Part shown: positions 1 to 12,545 of the stretch, piece by piece
Layout: each line of letters starts with the position of its first letter
How positions within the stretch are numbered: the first letter of the stretch is position 1
Assembly: GCF_036588685.1 (NCBI RefSeq)
Contig: NC_086376.1
Span: 36,332,001-36,396,000 of the forward strand
Length of the DNA stretch: 64,000 nt
Direction: 5' to 3'
From: Mytilus trossulus
Taxonomy: Eukaryota
Notes under the pieces: generated by a model
Databases searched by the model: none
Told to the model about the DNA's origin: nothing
What the model saw: the letters and a program-made list of their open reading frames with translations, nothing else
Translations under genes and position numbers: made by a program

Positions 1-550
1 TTTGACGAGTATACTGTTCTATATTTCTGTCGAAGGAAACAAATAAAACAAGGCAGGAGGATAGACGTCATGAAACTTCCATTGTGTAAAGAATATATAA
101 TATTAAAATGTAAAGCATATAATTTTAACTGCGTCAATCTCAGGACATATGGACAATATTATAACTAGTATTCGACAGATGTCCAAAACTAATATGTAGG
201 TAGGTGTACATGTATGCAACTAGAATGTCAGATCTTTTCGAAATAAGTCAAGACACATGTTAAAATTGAGGGAAATCTTGCCGACTCGTCTATTGAAATT
301 TAAAATACGTTATTAATTATACTACAAAAATATATTGTATTCATTTTTATTTTATACCAATCACTTGTTTAATCTACATGACTAAACTTGCTTAGATTAC
401 CCAATGCATGTTAAATATGTTCTTTGTTCATACAATACTATACTACAAAAACTGTAATAGGGTATACGTAGGACTTCATATACACTGTCTATGTCGATAC
501 AATGAAATAAAATATACGAAAATATAAAGTTTTGTAATAGACATATACAT

Positions 551-699
551 AGACAATAATAGTGCATTGACTTGACATATCAACGATATAAGGATGAGGC
601 TTAGAAACGAGGAAACGCGAGGCTGTGCCGAGCATTTTCCCCGTTTCGGGCCGAATCCTTATATCGTTGATATGTCAAGTCAATGCACTATTATTGTCT
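551..699. repeat. Long palindromic (fold-back) element, probably a non-autonomous DNA element
   Basis: 45-bp perfect inverted arms at 551-595 (agacaataat...aggat) and 655-699 around an imperfectly self-complementary GC-richer core (gaaacgcgaggctgtgccgagcattttc). Confidence 0.8.
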
Positions 700-2855
700 T
701 TATACTGCAATCCAAAAAAACAAACATTTTCAATTGTTGTTTAGTGTGTTAATGGTATTTACTTTATAGACTTCACCACTACATGTGCCATAGTTTTTCT
801 GTTAATAATAACGTTATAAAATAATCATGAAACTCACTGACTTTGTAAAAAGAGAGAATATACTGTTCTACTATATACATTGTAAAATAAGGACAATAAC
901 TCTTATCAGTTATATAAGCAAAACAACTTTGTAGCACTGAGATCATGAGTTTGAGTAAATATCTTTTAAAAGATTTTAGTTGATTCTTGACCATGATAAC
1001 CAATTAATGTGGTTTAATTTTTTACATTATTATTTTTGGAAGTTAACTGATTTCCCCAATATGTTTTATGATATATTTCAAGAATTTGAAGTTGATATAA
1101 AAACAATTATACAATATATTTAGTATTGAATTGAGTTTTAAAATCCAAAGTTTATATGATTTAACATGATATTTGACAAAGCAAGCTATAATACTTAGTT
1201 TGTTGGGGGGATTTGTTTTTAAATTTGCCATTATAGGCTGGTTCTTGTACCTATATGTATCTATGGCATTTAAAATTGACAAAAAAGATAAAATACAACT
1301 TACCATGCCATACATCAAATCAAAATAAATCAACTTTTCAAAATACTACAGGAAAAAACTTAAATTGCATGAAAATCAATTTGTAATTTCACATAATTTG
1401 ATATAAAAAAATACCACAGACACAAAAAAGGAAATCAATGACAATACATGTATATTACAGGCAAGGGATGAGTGATTGGAAATTCAAACATTTCATTAAT
1501 ATATATGATTGATTATTGTTTGCTTAACTTTTAAACGTAGATATTTCATGCACATTTCCGACAACGTCATTATTTTTACACGTTTTTATTAGAACGAAAC
1601 TTAAACACGGGACTCTATTTATTCTCAAATCCAGCAATAAGCCTATAATACAATTTTAATCTTTTTGCTTGTTTACATCGGTTACTGTTATAGTTTTTGA
1701 ATTATAATATTAAAAAAAAATACTGTTTTTACAGCGGATGACCGTTTAGCGCATTCCGGTGTATTACTATCTCCTAAATTTCCATTATACATGTACATTA
1801 GTTTTGGGGTTTTAACCCATCTATATACACATGATAAATACGCCGACATAATCGAGTGCAAATTAACATTCCTTATCGCTTGCTATAAATTTATTTATTC
1901 AATGAATACCCATCAAATATCTTTTTTTATAATATAATTGAATAATATATTATTATTTTACATGTATGTAAGTAAAAAATATCAATATGCAAACGTACAG
2001 AAAATTGTGTTGGCGCATGCGGAAGAATATCACAAGAACGATTGCTATCTCCTACATTTGTATAAAGGAGGTGAAAATTATATACAGATACATGCAGAGT
2101 TATTGGTCCTTGCTCTTTCTGGTTTGCGGGAAAATATGAATGCCTACTCAAATCCAATCTATAAGAAAAATCGAATCATTATAGAAGAGTGTCTACCATG
2201 CACATTCAAATGCACTATTTATAACTAATATAATAGTATGATATACATTTTATTTATTTATCTTCAACACAAGAACTTGTCTCAGAAAAAGAAAAGAAAT
2301 ACATCTGTACATTAACCTCACTTGCAATTATAAAGATATGATTTTTTTAAGACAAGTGTTTGTGACCATCCACAAAAACTTGCGGTCATTCGATGTTCAG
2401 TATTTTAGTACTTTGATTATTTACTGTCAATGCTTCGAAAATATAAACAATAAATAGTTATCTTACTTGTATGTTTGCTTACAAACTTGATCTTGCTTGT
2501 AATACAAAGCAGCATAATTTATTGATAACATTTTTCGTTTGAAACAATCAGAAAAGTTTGATTTAAAACCAAAAAATATCGCTGCTTTCTTGATGTATGT
2601 GAAGTAAGCAGCCGGTTCGTTATTCGTTGCTTTTTGTAGACTAAGGAAACATTTTTTTTGTCGAAACTTGATTTTGTTGATTTAAAAATATTCGACATTA
2701 GTATCTAACGAATCCAGAGGAATAAGTTCCATGCATTGAAATATTGAATCTTTGTATCAAGAAAATTACAAATTTAACTAATATTTACATGCAATCAAAT
2801 AATTTGGATTATTTACACTAGTTATGAAATTTAAAAATACTTTATTCGATTGTTC

Positions 2856-3580
2856 TTATCGGCGACCACCTCGACCTCTACCACGACCCCTGCTTCCACC
2901 ACGACCTCGTCCACGACCACGATATCCTTGATTTCCTCTGTCATGGTAGTCGTCTCCATACCCGTCTGCATTAAATTCTCCATTTCTCCCTTCAGATCTT
3001 CCATTATAATATTTGTAATCTTCCTGGCCATCGACACGTCCAGCCGAACCATTATTATTATTACTACCATCCCATTTATTTCCTCTTCCCCTAGCCGGGG
3101 ACTTGCTTTGAAAACCTTCCTCTGCCTGATGTTTATTTTGGTATCTCTTCGGACTTTTTTCTGCATGGAATTTGGCCGATGACGGTATATGTTGTTTGTC
3201 ATTCTTATTAGGGTTTCTTGTTTTCTCATTTGTCGTCTCCACTTGCATCGCTTTTTCCATACCCTTGTAACGACCTCTACGAGATTGTCCTTGGAAACCG
3301 CGGAAGTTTTCACTATTACTTTTGTTTCTCGCAGGATTCTTTAACTTCTTAAACGAATTCATATCTCCAACGTCTTCACTGAAATCAGCTTGTTTGTCTT
3401 TACAAAAAGTACTTCTTTTACCTCTAACAGTTGTCACCTTGGTCTTTTTATTGGTTTTTGCCGTTGGAAGTCCGTGTGTGACGAAACGTGGTCCATCATC
3501 ATACTGGAACTGTGTTTGTTGATTAACATTTCCCTTACAAATCACACACGAACTGTACATGATCGTTGATACAGCATGCC
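2856..3580 (-). CDS. ZNFX1: Terminal coding exon of the ZNFX1-like gene (second half of RZ-like finger plus RG/RGG-rich tail)
   Basis: Acceptor tcattttcAG|GG at 3582-3581 is phase 1 and matches the donor at 4253. The join reads WTICQNG-HAVSTIMYSSCVIC, restoring the W-x-x-C-x-N-G-H motif of ZNFX1 C-termini. Spliced CDS 6406+725=7131 nt (2376 aa), ending in RGRGRGRGGSRGRGRGRGGRR. Confidence 0.82.
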
Positions 3581-3764
3581 CTGAAAATGACAAACGAATA
3601 ATTTATTGTATGACAGATACATACATGTAGGTATATTTTATTTTAACTGAATTGGTATTTTACAATAGTTAACAATTTCATGAAAACAATTAATCTAAAT
3701 ACAAAACTGATATTAAAGACAAACATTTAAAAAAATCGATTTTCTTTATGGACTCTTTTTGGAC

Positions 3765-3875
3765 AGTTGTTCTCCATTCGTTTGATGTATTTCATTATTT
3801 GATTTTGCCATTTGTCTAGGAACTTTCCGTTTTGAATTTTCCTCGGAGTTCAGTATTTTGTGAATTTACTTTTTG
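3765..3875. repeat. Fragment of a high-copy interspersed repeat in the ZNFX1 intron
   Basis: The ...ccattcgtttgatgt...ttccgttttgaattttcctcggagttcagtatttt sequence recurs at about 29985-30090 and, inverted, at about 39075-39230. Confidence 0.7.
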
Positions 3876-4253
3876 TTATAGCTTTCCAAATATTTATTCT
3901 TATATGGGTATCAAAACATTTGGCTCCAAGTTCTCAAGACATGTAAATAAATTCGAGAAAAGCATATTTGATAAGAAAATACAATAATAATGTTAACGTA
4001 AACGTTGTTTTATGTTTCTGTGAAATTCTTTATCAAATTATAAATTATGCTTTTTTTTTTTTTTAAGAACTTAAGAATAATCTATTGTGAATCGCAAGCC
4101 TAGTCTGCAAAGAATTTGTTGTAAATATCAACTTTGTTGGAGCTTCGAACATGTCTTGTCCGTCCTGGACAATATAATTGCAACATAACCCTTCCAATGG
4201 AGTGCTAAAATAGAGTGTTATTACATAACATGATGTGATAAAAAAAATACTAC

Positions 4254-7200
4254 CATTTTGACATATTGTCCATTCGCTCTTATGTATGCCAAACACATTC
4301 TGTAATTGCGGATATCTTCTGGTATTTGTCAAGTATCCATCTCCCTCCATGTCAGCAATAAACGGTCTTAATATTTTATTTAGCTGCTCCCTTTTTAGAT
4401 ATTTCTTCATCAAGAGTACAACTACAACTATATCATGGCCTGTTATTGATAAATGACCATTAATGTCGGTAAATATGCCATCATTTTCTTCAAAAAAAGT
4501 TTCAATCGACTCCACCAGTTCTGGTGGGAAATCTTCTGATTTTTGTCTCACAGGCTCCCCTATGAATTCCGGAAACCAATCAGCATTATAGAATTTACTT
4601 AATAATTTTGGGTTTGTCGTGAAAAGGCACAATAGCCATTGGATATGCAAACTGAATATATTCTCAGACAATTGCAAGTAATCTTTAAATGATTGTGCAG
4701 TTTCAATATCGTTATGAATGCATTCGGTCAATTCCTCTGCATCTTGAAATTCTTTATCAAACCAATATGTTCGCCGTGTGTGCTGAACGACATGAAGATA
4801 TGTTGCAATGCTTGTTGTATACTCTTCGAATAATGGGAGCATTCCAGCATCACATGCAGGATACAACGTTTTGAAATTGATTCGTACGTTACGAACCACT
4901 TTTTTGGCATCTTCTAGTACCATTTTCTGTCTTTTCAAAATCCGTTCATATCTGGGATGATAATAGATAGTTGCATCACAGCATGGACATTCGGACAATA
5001 AGTCATTCTTCATTTTATCCATACAATCATCGAGAAAACTGCTTTCAAAAGAGTGACGACATTGTGTCAAAGTAACAATTTTACTGTCTTTAGTAACATC
5101 TTTACAAACAAACATTTCCGGTTTACAATCAACACACTTCAGTGGACATGGTTCGCCACAGTAACCAGGACATTGATGGCCGCAAGACAAAGTCTTATCA
5201 CAAACCTTATTGCAGCTTTGGTGATTGCACTCTTCAAAGCATAGTTTGGTACAACTATAATGTTTACATGCCCATGGACATTTTTCTTCACATGGCTTGC
5301 ATGGATCAATGCATTTAGAACGACATTTCGAATGGGCACATACAAATAAGCAAGACTTTTGGCACGGACTGCACTTCATGCACGTTTTACTTTGACAGGT
5401 ATGGCCACACGACATTTTTTTTCTGCATTGGCTTGTACATTCACTATGATCATTCATTCTGCTTGCATGACACGGCCCCGAACAAACATGTCCACATAAC
5501 ATAGTTTTTGCACACTTTTGATCACAAATTTCTTTTTTTGTATTACTGCATGCTACTTTTATAACATGGTTGCAGGAAAGAGTCTTGTCTATGACAACCT
5601 TGCATGGAGATAATTTTGTACTTTCTATTTTCCAACATGGTACAGATACAGTATGTCCACAGTCGTCACGCGTGTGTGTAACATCCTCTAAACATTTATT
5701 ATTTGGTAGAATCATACTTCTTTCCTGCCAGCATTTAACTTTAGCCGAATGCCCACATTTTTCCAATTTTATCTCAACTTCTGTGGTACATTTTACGTCG
5801 GAAACATTTACTGAACATAAAACTATTTTTCTATGCTGACACTCAGGCAAATACTTTAAGACTGCAAATTTACAAGGTACAGTTTCGGGGTTAATATGGC
5901 ATTTCATTTTCTGAGTATGGCCACATGAACTTAGAATTTTCTTCACCATTGATGTACACAGATATACCTTAGGGTCAGCTGAACATGGGATACTTTGTTG
6001 GTGTTTGCAACGTTCTAAAACAATTTTAATAAGCTGTTCGCAATCACAGGAAATTGGGAAATGACATGATTTCTTGCATTGGTGGTCATTTTTGCAAGTT
6101 TTGTTGCATGCGTCAGTACATTTAATTGAACTTCTTTTGTAACATTCGTGTGTCTTGGAATGTTTGCATTCAAAGACAGTTGTAACATTTTCTCTGCATT
6201 TAACCGATTCAACATCCTGATGGCACAGGAGTTTTATTTTATGGCCACAGAATGGGAATTCTTTTTCAACTTTCGCACTGCATTTGTGTTCATTGTGATA
6301 ATTCGTATCAGAACATTTCCTTTCATATTCATGACCGCATTTGACTCTTTTGTCTGGAATAACTACCTGACATGTGTTATTATGGACGTAGTTGGAATCG
6401 TAACAATGTCTTCTGTAGCTATGATCACACGATAACCATTGTTCAGTTACAATATCATTGCATCTATGAACCATCTCATACAATTGGTCATGGCACTGCT
6501 TTTGATATTCGTGCCCACATGATGTTCTTTTCATTGTTACAATAACTCTGCAAATAACGCGAATTTCAAAGGATGTATTATAACATTGCCGTTCAATCAC
6601 GTGGTCACAGGATGATCGTTTTTCGATTATCTGAACTCTACAAGGATTCAGCTTTTCAAAACCTGTATCATAACATTGGCGTTTAAACTCATGACCACAA
6701 TTTGATCGTGTTTCAATTAAGACTGTGTCACATTTGTGGCGTTTTGGATCAACATGACATTTTATGTGTGCTGTATGCCCACACTGTAGTTCTTTGTCAA
6801 CAATGGATTTACAGAGAACAGTACTTGGATCGACGCAGCATTCCATTAAAGCAGGATGCTCACATAATAATGTTCGGGTTACTTTAGTTGGGCATGGATA
6901 TTCAGAATAATCCAAATGGCACTCGAGATTGATCGTGTGATGACATTTAAGCTCTCGTGTCGTTATTGCACAGCATATACAGTCAGAATCAAAATGACAT
7001 CCCTTTGAACACCTATGCCCTTCTATGCATGTCTCCGAGCATTGTTTTAAGCATTCATATGTTGTATGTTCCTTGTCAAATGGATGACAATCGTATCGGC
7101 ATGCATGTCCACATTGTAATCGAAATTCACATGGAAGATCACAACCCCCATTTTTTACTTTCTTGAAGTCGCTAGGTAACTCTGCGAAAATTCCTTCGTT

Positions 7201-10200
7201 TGCTGGATGATTTTGACAGTACAGTGGTAGTGCTTTTCCAAAGGATGTGTATTTATGGAAAGCGTCGTTTTCATTATTGACGTCTTCTTCAATTTGTAGT
7301 TTTCTAATTATAGTCTGCCAGTGTTTAGACCTTGTTGTCAACGTAGAGCTGTTCCCTATTATAAAAAGTCCTTGTTTTGCTCTAGACAAAGCCACGCAAA
7401 TTCTGTTTTCCCGATTTAAGAATCCGATATCGCCTCTCGCATTGCTACGCACTAATGACAAAAGTATGATTTCATTTTCTTCGCCTTGATAGTTGTCAAG
7501 CACACATATATTTACTCCCTCGAATTTTGATCTTGGCATTTTTTCTTTTAAGCAAAACATCTGACCAGTGTATGCCGCAATTATTGTTATATCAGATGGT
7601 TTATATCCCTGCTTTAGCAAATAAAGACAAAGTTCCTTGAGGTATTCAGCTTCGTGTTCATTTGAATAACTTCTGCCTTCATCTTTGAAAGCTTCTTGTT
7701 TGTTATGTGTGATGAAGAATAAGCTCTTACGAATCCCTTTAATCGGTGGATATTCGTATACATTTTCGTTGTCTATAAGAACATCATATATATGGCGTAC
7801 CAATTCAGAAATTTCCGGTCTCATTCGATGCTGTTGCTGTAGACAATGGTAACTTAGGTCGTTCTTCACCATTCTTTCAAACAAAGACACAGATAAATTG
7901 AATTTTATGGCAAGCTCATGCACTGCTGGTTTTGGTTCCAATTGCTTATGGTCACCAATCAAAATTAAATGTTTACATCTTGGACTGATGGCAGTCACAA
8001 TGTGAGCCTCCGGTACTTCTGCCGCTTCTTCTATAATTGTGATTAGAGGTCCAACTTTGTTTAAGGATTCACTGTATCGTGCTGCATTGGTTGTAGTCAT
8101 AGCAATAACCGAAGCCTGTTGCATGATATATTCGTCTACTTCCATACTATTACGTTTGTAGTTGTCAAATACCTCATTAAATTCCTTAACACTGTCCTTC
8201 AGTTGTTCATGTAGTATAACAATGTATTGCCTTAACCAATACCTATACAGTTGCCAACGCTCCTTCATGGACAGTGTCCAGATATTTTGGATTTCCTTTA
8301 CTTGAAATTCTGACAAGTTTTCCCCATAATGCAATTCTTTTGTTGCTTTCTCTTTTTCCAGACGAAAAATAAGTTTAAATTTGTTTTCAAGCTTTTTTTT
8401 CTTTTTAAACTGAAATGAACTTTTGTATTGTTTGTCCAGATCGAGGCCTATTGAGTCTGGTTTACACATTAAGCCAACATCATCAACATCAATGTACCGC
8501 TCGTTGTAAGTATATTCTGCATCAGAAATCACTTTAGTAAACTTTTCTTCGTTAGGTTCAAGCGCCAGAATATTGAGCTGATCGTGGATTTCTTTGTCAG
8601 TTTTTTGGTTTTGATAGTATTTATCCACTTCTTTAAACCAGGAATCCGTTGACACATGTAGCCACTGCAACCATGCAGAACTTGTGTCATCTCCAAACTG
8701 ATTTGCATGATGTTCTGAAAGGACACATTCCACAACATTAAACCACAGAACAATATTTTTGCTTTTTAAGACGTCGATTGTGTCTTTAATCTTCTTTATT
8801 TTTCTTTTAACTGCACCTGCTTTATCAAGTACACCAACTCGATGATCATCAAAGTCCCATCGAACTTTTCTTCGTATGTTTTGTATCGAAAGCTGTTCAA
8901 GCTTAGGATTTTTACATTGGCGTCCAAATCTAACTACTCTGGGGAAACGACCATCAAATAAATTTTCTGGCAAAAAATCAACAATCCCTTCAACAAATTG
9001 ATCTAATGCATGGTTAGTGTAACAAACAACTAACATATATGGCTTCGGTAATGATGAAGGACCTTGATATTTTTCCTGTAAATCGCCATCCTCCTGAATA
9101 TCAGAATCCTCTTGTAACCATCTGTTACTATTATGCAGTAATGCTTTAGCAATTTGCAATCCAAGGTGAGTCTTACCAGTCCCGGGTGGACCTTGGATAA
9201 GCACAAACTCTTTTGTAAGTGCAGAAATAAATGCTTTTCTCTGAGATTCGTCCATTTGCAATATGCTTGTCGAAGGCCAGTCTTCCTGAAACATCTTTAC
9301 ATTAATTTTTGGTGTCTGTTTAGCAATAGTGTTTCTACGATTTAACCCATGTGTGTTTTCTATGTCAATGTGGCAACTTCGAATAATAGGTCTAAGATCA
9401 TACTCACAATCTTGTGATATGTATGATGGTATATTTACTTCTTTTTCACAATCAACAAGATATCGTTGGAAGGGGAAAGTGTCTTCATCTATGCATTGCA
9501 ATGCTTTGAGTACATGCTTGTACGCTTCAAAATATGCTGACGTAGGTTCTATCATCATACCATATGTATTTCGTGGCAGCTTTATGTTGGTTCCAACATT
9601 AAAAACTTGTACAGCAAAGCATCCTGTGTCTTTTAAAGCTTCTCGTTCACTTTCAGCTACTACAACGAAGAAAATTGTATTGAACCGATCAAACGAAACA
9701 AGCAATAATGTACCATAAATAAGTCTCTTTGATTTCATCCAGTTGATGCGTTTACGATGGTCTGGGTCTAGTTTTATTTCAAACACTTCGCCAGATTCTA
9801 TTGAAGTGCTTTGTTTCGTTACCAGCACGTCCCTATATACGAGACCAGTTTCTAATCTAAAAATTCCACTCCTACTTTCTTTATCTTTTTGTTTGAACTC
9901 CGTAAGAGCATCTCGGAGAGGTGACACACAGTCTTCCCTATACAACCTAAACTGTACATCTAAATAATGGTCTAAATACAAATATTTCCCATTAACTTTG
10001 TTTCGTCTTAAGAAATTTGCTGCATTTAATACGTCATTATGGCCAGGAATAACTGACATAGTTCGGAAATCCTCTGGAGGAACACATTTGTCTTCAGCGT
10101 CTTGTTTTGTCAAATGTTTTGGCTTTGGTCGTTCTTCACAAACCTTTAGTATATCCTTTTTCAATTCAGAAACAACGCTAAGCATCTTCTCTTTATCTTT

Positions 10201-10659
10201 GTATTCATCAAATTCGCTCACTTGTTCATTCAAAAAATCTACTAGTCCAATAACGTGTGGAGTTGTACACAAATGAGGCATGCATTGGAATAGTTCTTGA
10301 AGGATTGTTAAATAATCGTTAAGTAGACAATGAAAGTCATGATCACGTGTGTTATTGCATGTCACTCCTACAAGTAATGGAATGCTCCGGTGCTTTATTA
10401 TGGTTGAATCAGACAACATAATCAATAACTGAAAGACTTCCTGTTTTTTATTCGGATTCTCACAAGTAGAAGCCCTTGCAATAATATGGACAAGCAAGGA
10501 TACAAAATCGTCTGATAGTTTCTTCTTGTCTATCAATTTATCAAAAAAGTCCATCCTCTTGACCAATATCTCTAATAACTCCTCACTCTGTAGATATGAT
10601 CTGTATAAATTCACTATGAGATCTTCTGGTTGTATCTTGCCTGGACTTTTTGACGCCAT
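4254..10659 (-). CDS. ZNFX1: ZNFX1-like (NFX1-type zinc finger-containing protein 1) SF1/UPF1-like RNA helicase, main coding exon
   Basis: ORF 4063-10665 has ZNFX1-type motifs: YLDVQFRLYRED, SKRLIYGTL, AYFEAYKHVLKALQ, Walker A IQGPPGTGKT, VCYTNHALDQF, Walker B IIEEAAEV, LIGDHKQL, SLFERM, QHRMRPEI, LDNYQGEE, NRICVALSRAK. These are followed by about 24 CxH/C zinc-finger units and a CRHSF...CPCC...PRY RING-like module. First ATG is at 10659, just downstream of an acceptor at 10688-10687; phase-1 donor G|GTAGTA at 4254/4253. Confidence 0.93.
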
Positions 10660-10843
10660 TGTCAAAGTGTTTATCGGTTTGATTACCTAAAACGACAAAT
10701 AACACATTCTAATTAAAAGACTTTCAAATACTTCTGTGAAGGAGACGAGACTGATTAAAGTCCTTAAGCAATCATTTTGTCAATGAACCTAATTATTGAT
10801 CGTTCCAATAACAAATAGTTCATGCATTTTGAGATTATTAGAG

Positions 10844-12038
10844 AACTAGAGGCTCTAAAGAGCCTGTGTCGCTCACCTTGGTATATGTGACTTAAACAAA
10901 GGAAGCAGACAGTTCATGACAAACTTGTGTTTAGGTGATTGTGATGTGTTTGTACATCTTACTTTAGTGAACATTCTTGCTGCTTACTATTATCTATCTA
11001 TAATGAAATTGTCCGTGTAGTTTCAGTGGAAAATGACCAATTTGGTCATTTTACTTATTTTTGAGTCTTAAATTGCTGTACATTATTGCTGTTTACAGTT
11101 TATCTCTATCTATAATAATATTCAAGATAATAACCCAAAACAGCAAAATTTCCTTAAAATTACCAATTTAGGGGCAGCAACCCAACAACGGGTTGTCCCA
11201 TTCATCTTACAATTTCAAGGCAGATAGATCTTGATCAGATAAACAATTTTACCCCATGTCAGATTTGCTCTGAATGCTTTGGTTTTTAAATAATAACCAA
11301 AAACTGCATTTAATCTCCATGTTCTATTTTTAGCCGTGGCGGCCATCTTAGTTGGTTGGCCGGGTCAAAAAACACAAATTTAAAACTAGATACATCAATG
11401 ATGATTGTGGCCAAGTCTGTATTAATTTGGCTCGATAGTTTCAGAGAAGAAGATTTTTGTAAAAGATCATGGAGATTTACGAAAACTGGTTAAAAATTTA
11501 CTATAAAGGGCAATAACTCCTAAAAGGGTCAACTGACCATTTTGGTCATGTTGACTTATTTGTAAATCTTACTTTGCTGAACATTATTGCTGTTAACAGT
11601 TTATCTCCATCTATAATAATATTCAAGATAATAACCCAAAACAGCAAAATTTCCTTGAAATTACCAATTTAGGGGCAGCAACCCAACAATGGGTTGTCTG
11701 ATTCATCTGAAAATTTCAGGGCAGATAGATCTTGACATGATAAACAATTTCCCCATGTCAGATTTGAATGCTTTGGTTCTTGAGTTATAAGCCAAAAACT
11801 GCATTTTACCCCTATGTTCTATTTTTAGCCATGGCGGACATCTTGGTTGGTTGACCGGGTCAAAAAACACAAATTTTAAACTAGATACATCAATGATGAT
11901 TGTGGCTAAGTTTGGTTTAATTTGGCCCAGTAGTTTCAGAGGAGAAGATTTTTGTAAAAGTTAACGCCGGACGACGGACGACGGACGCCAAGTGATGAGA
12001 AAAGCTCACTTGGCCCTTCGGGCCCGGTGAGCTAAAAA
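10844..12038 (-). mobile_element. Non-autonomous Helentron/HINE-like element with internal ~500-bp tandem repeats
   Basis: Subterminal inverted repeats gctcacc (10871) and ggtgagc (12026). Terminal hairpin gctcacttggcccttcgggcccggtgagc next to an A run. (GACG)-type microsatellite at about 11965-11990. Two related internal units start at about 11035 and 11535. Second hairpin aggctctaaagagcct at the other end. Confidence 0.8.
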
Positions 12039-12304
12039 TCAACAATATAAAAACTATCCAGCAAAATGGGTTGATTTAGAGCATAATTTGCTTACCCCAT
12101 CCGTGGTGCATGAGACCACTCCGGGTTTTGATGGGTTTCGTTTTTCCTCAGTCTTTAGTTTTCTACGTTGTATTTTGTAGTAATATTGGTCTGTTGGTAT
12201 TTTTATTTTTTAGCCATGCCGTTGTCAATCTAAATGGCCCTCTTGTATCTTTCGTCTCTCTTTTTGACAATAATGAGAAACGACATTCGTATCTCATTAG
12301 AAGT

Positions 12305-12545
12305 ACCTTTTGTCAACAAACATTCTTATGACCTTGCAAGTTCGACCATTCAACCGTTCTGAAGTTCGTTTTTATGTTATATTCAATTTCTAATTAATTG
12401 GTATTATTCCATTTATTGCCAACAAATTTCAATTTTAATCGATTAAACGATTTTGAGACATGCCGGACAGTCACTTCCTGTTTGATGGATTATTTTCCCC
12501 CGTTGTCTAAAACCGAGTTGGTTATGTTTTACATAACATGGCGAG
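12305..12545 (-). promoter_or_regulatory. Candidate promoter and non-coding first exon of the ZNFX1-like gene
   Basis: ETS-type site ACTTCCTG (12473-12480), YY1-like AACATGGCG (12535-12543), and a possible minus-strand donor AAAG|GTACTT at 12307/12306, upstream of the acceptor at 10688. Motif matches only. Confidence 0.3.

Noticed and set aside
2831-3313. Overlapping ORFs 2831-3313 (-) and 2850-3182 (+)
   Set aside because: Alternative-frame and antisense shadows of the low-complexity RG-rich exon
4063-4253. C-terminal ~62 aa of the 2200-aa ORF (SIFFITSCYVIT...LFLSS)
   Set aside because: Most likely intron read-through; splicing at 4254 restores the conserved CxNGH motif
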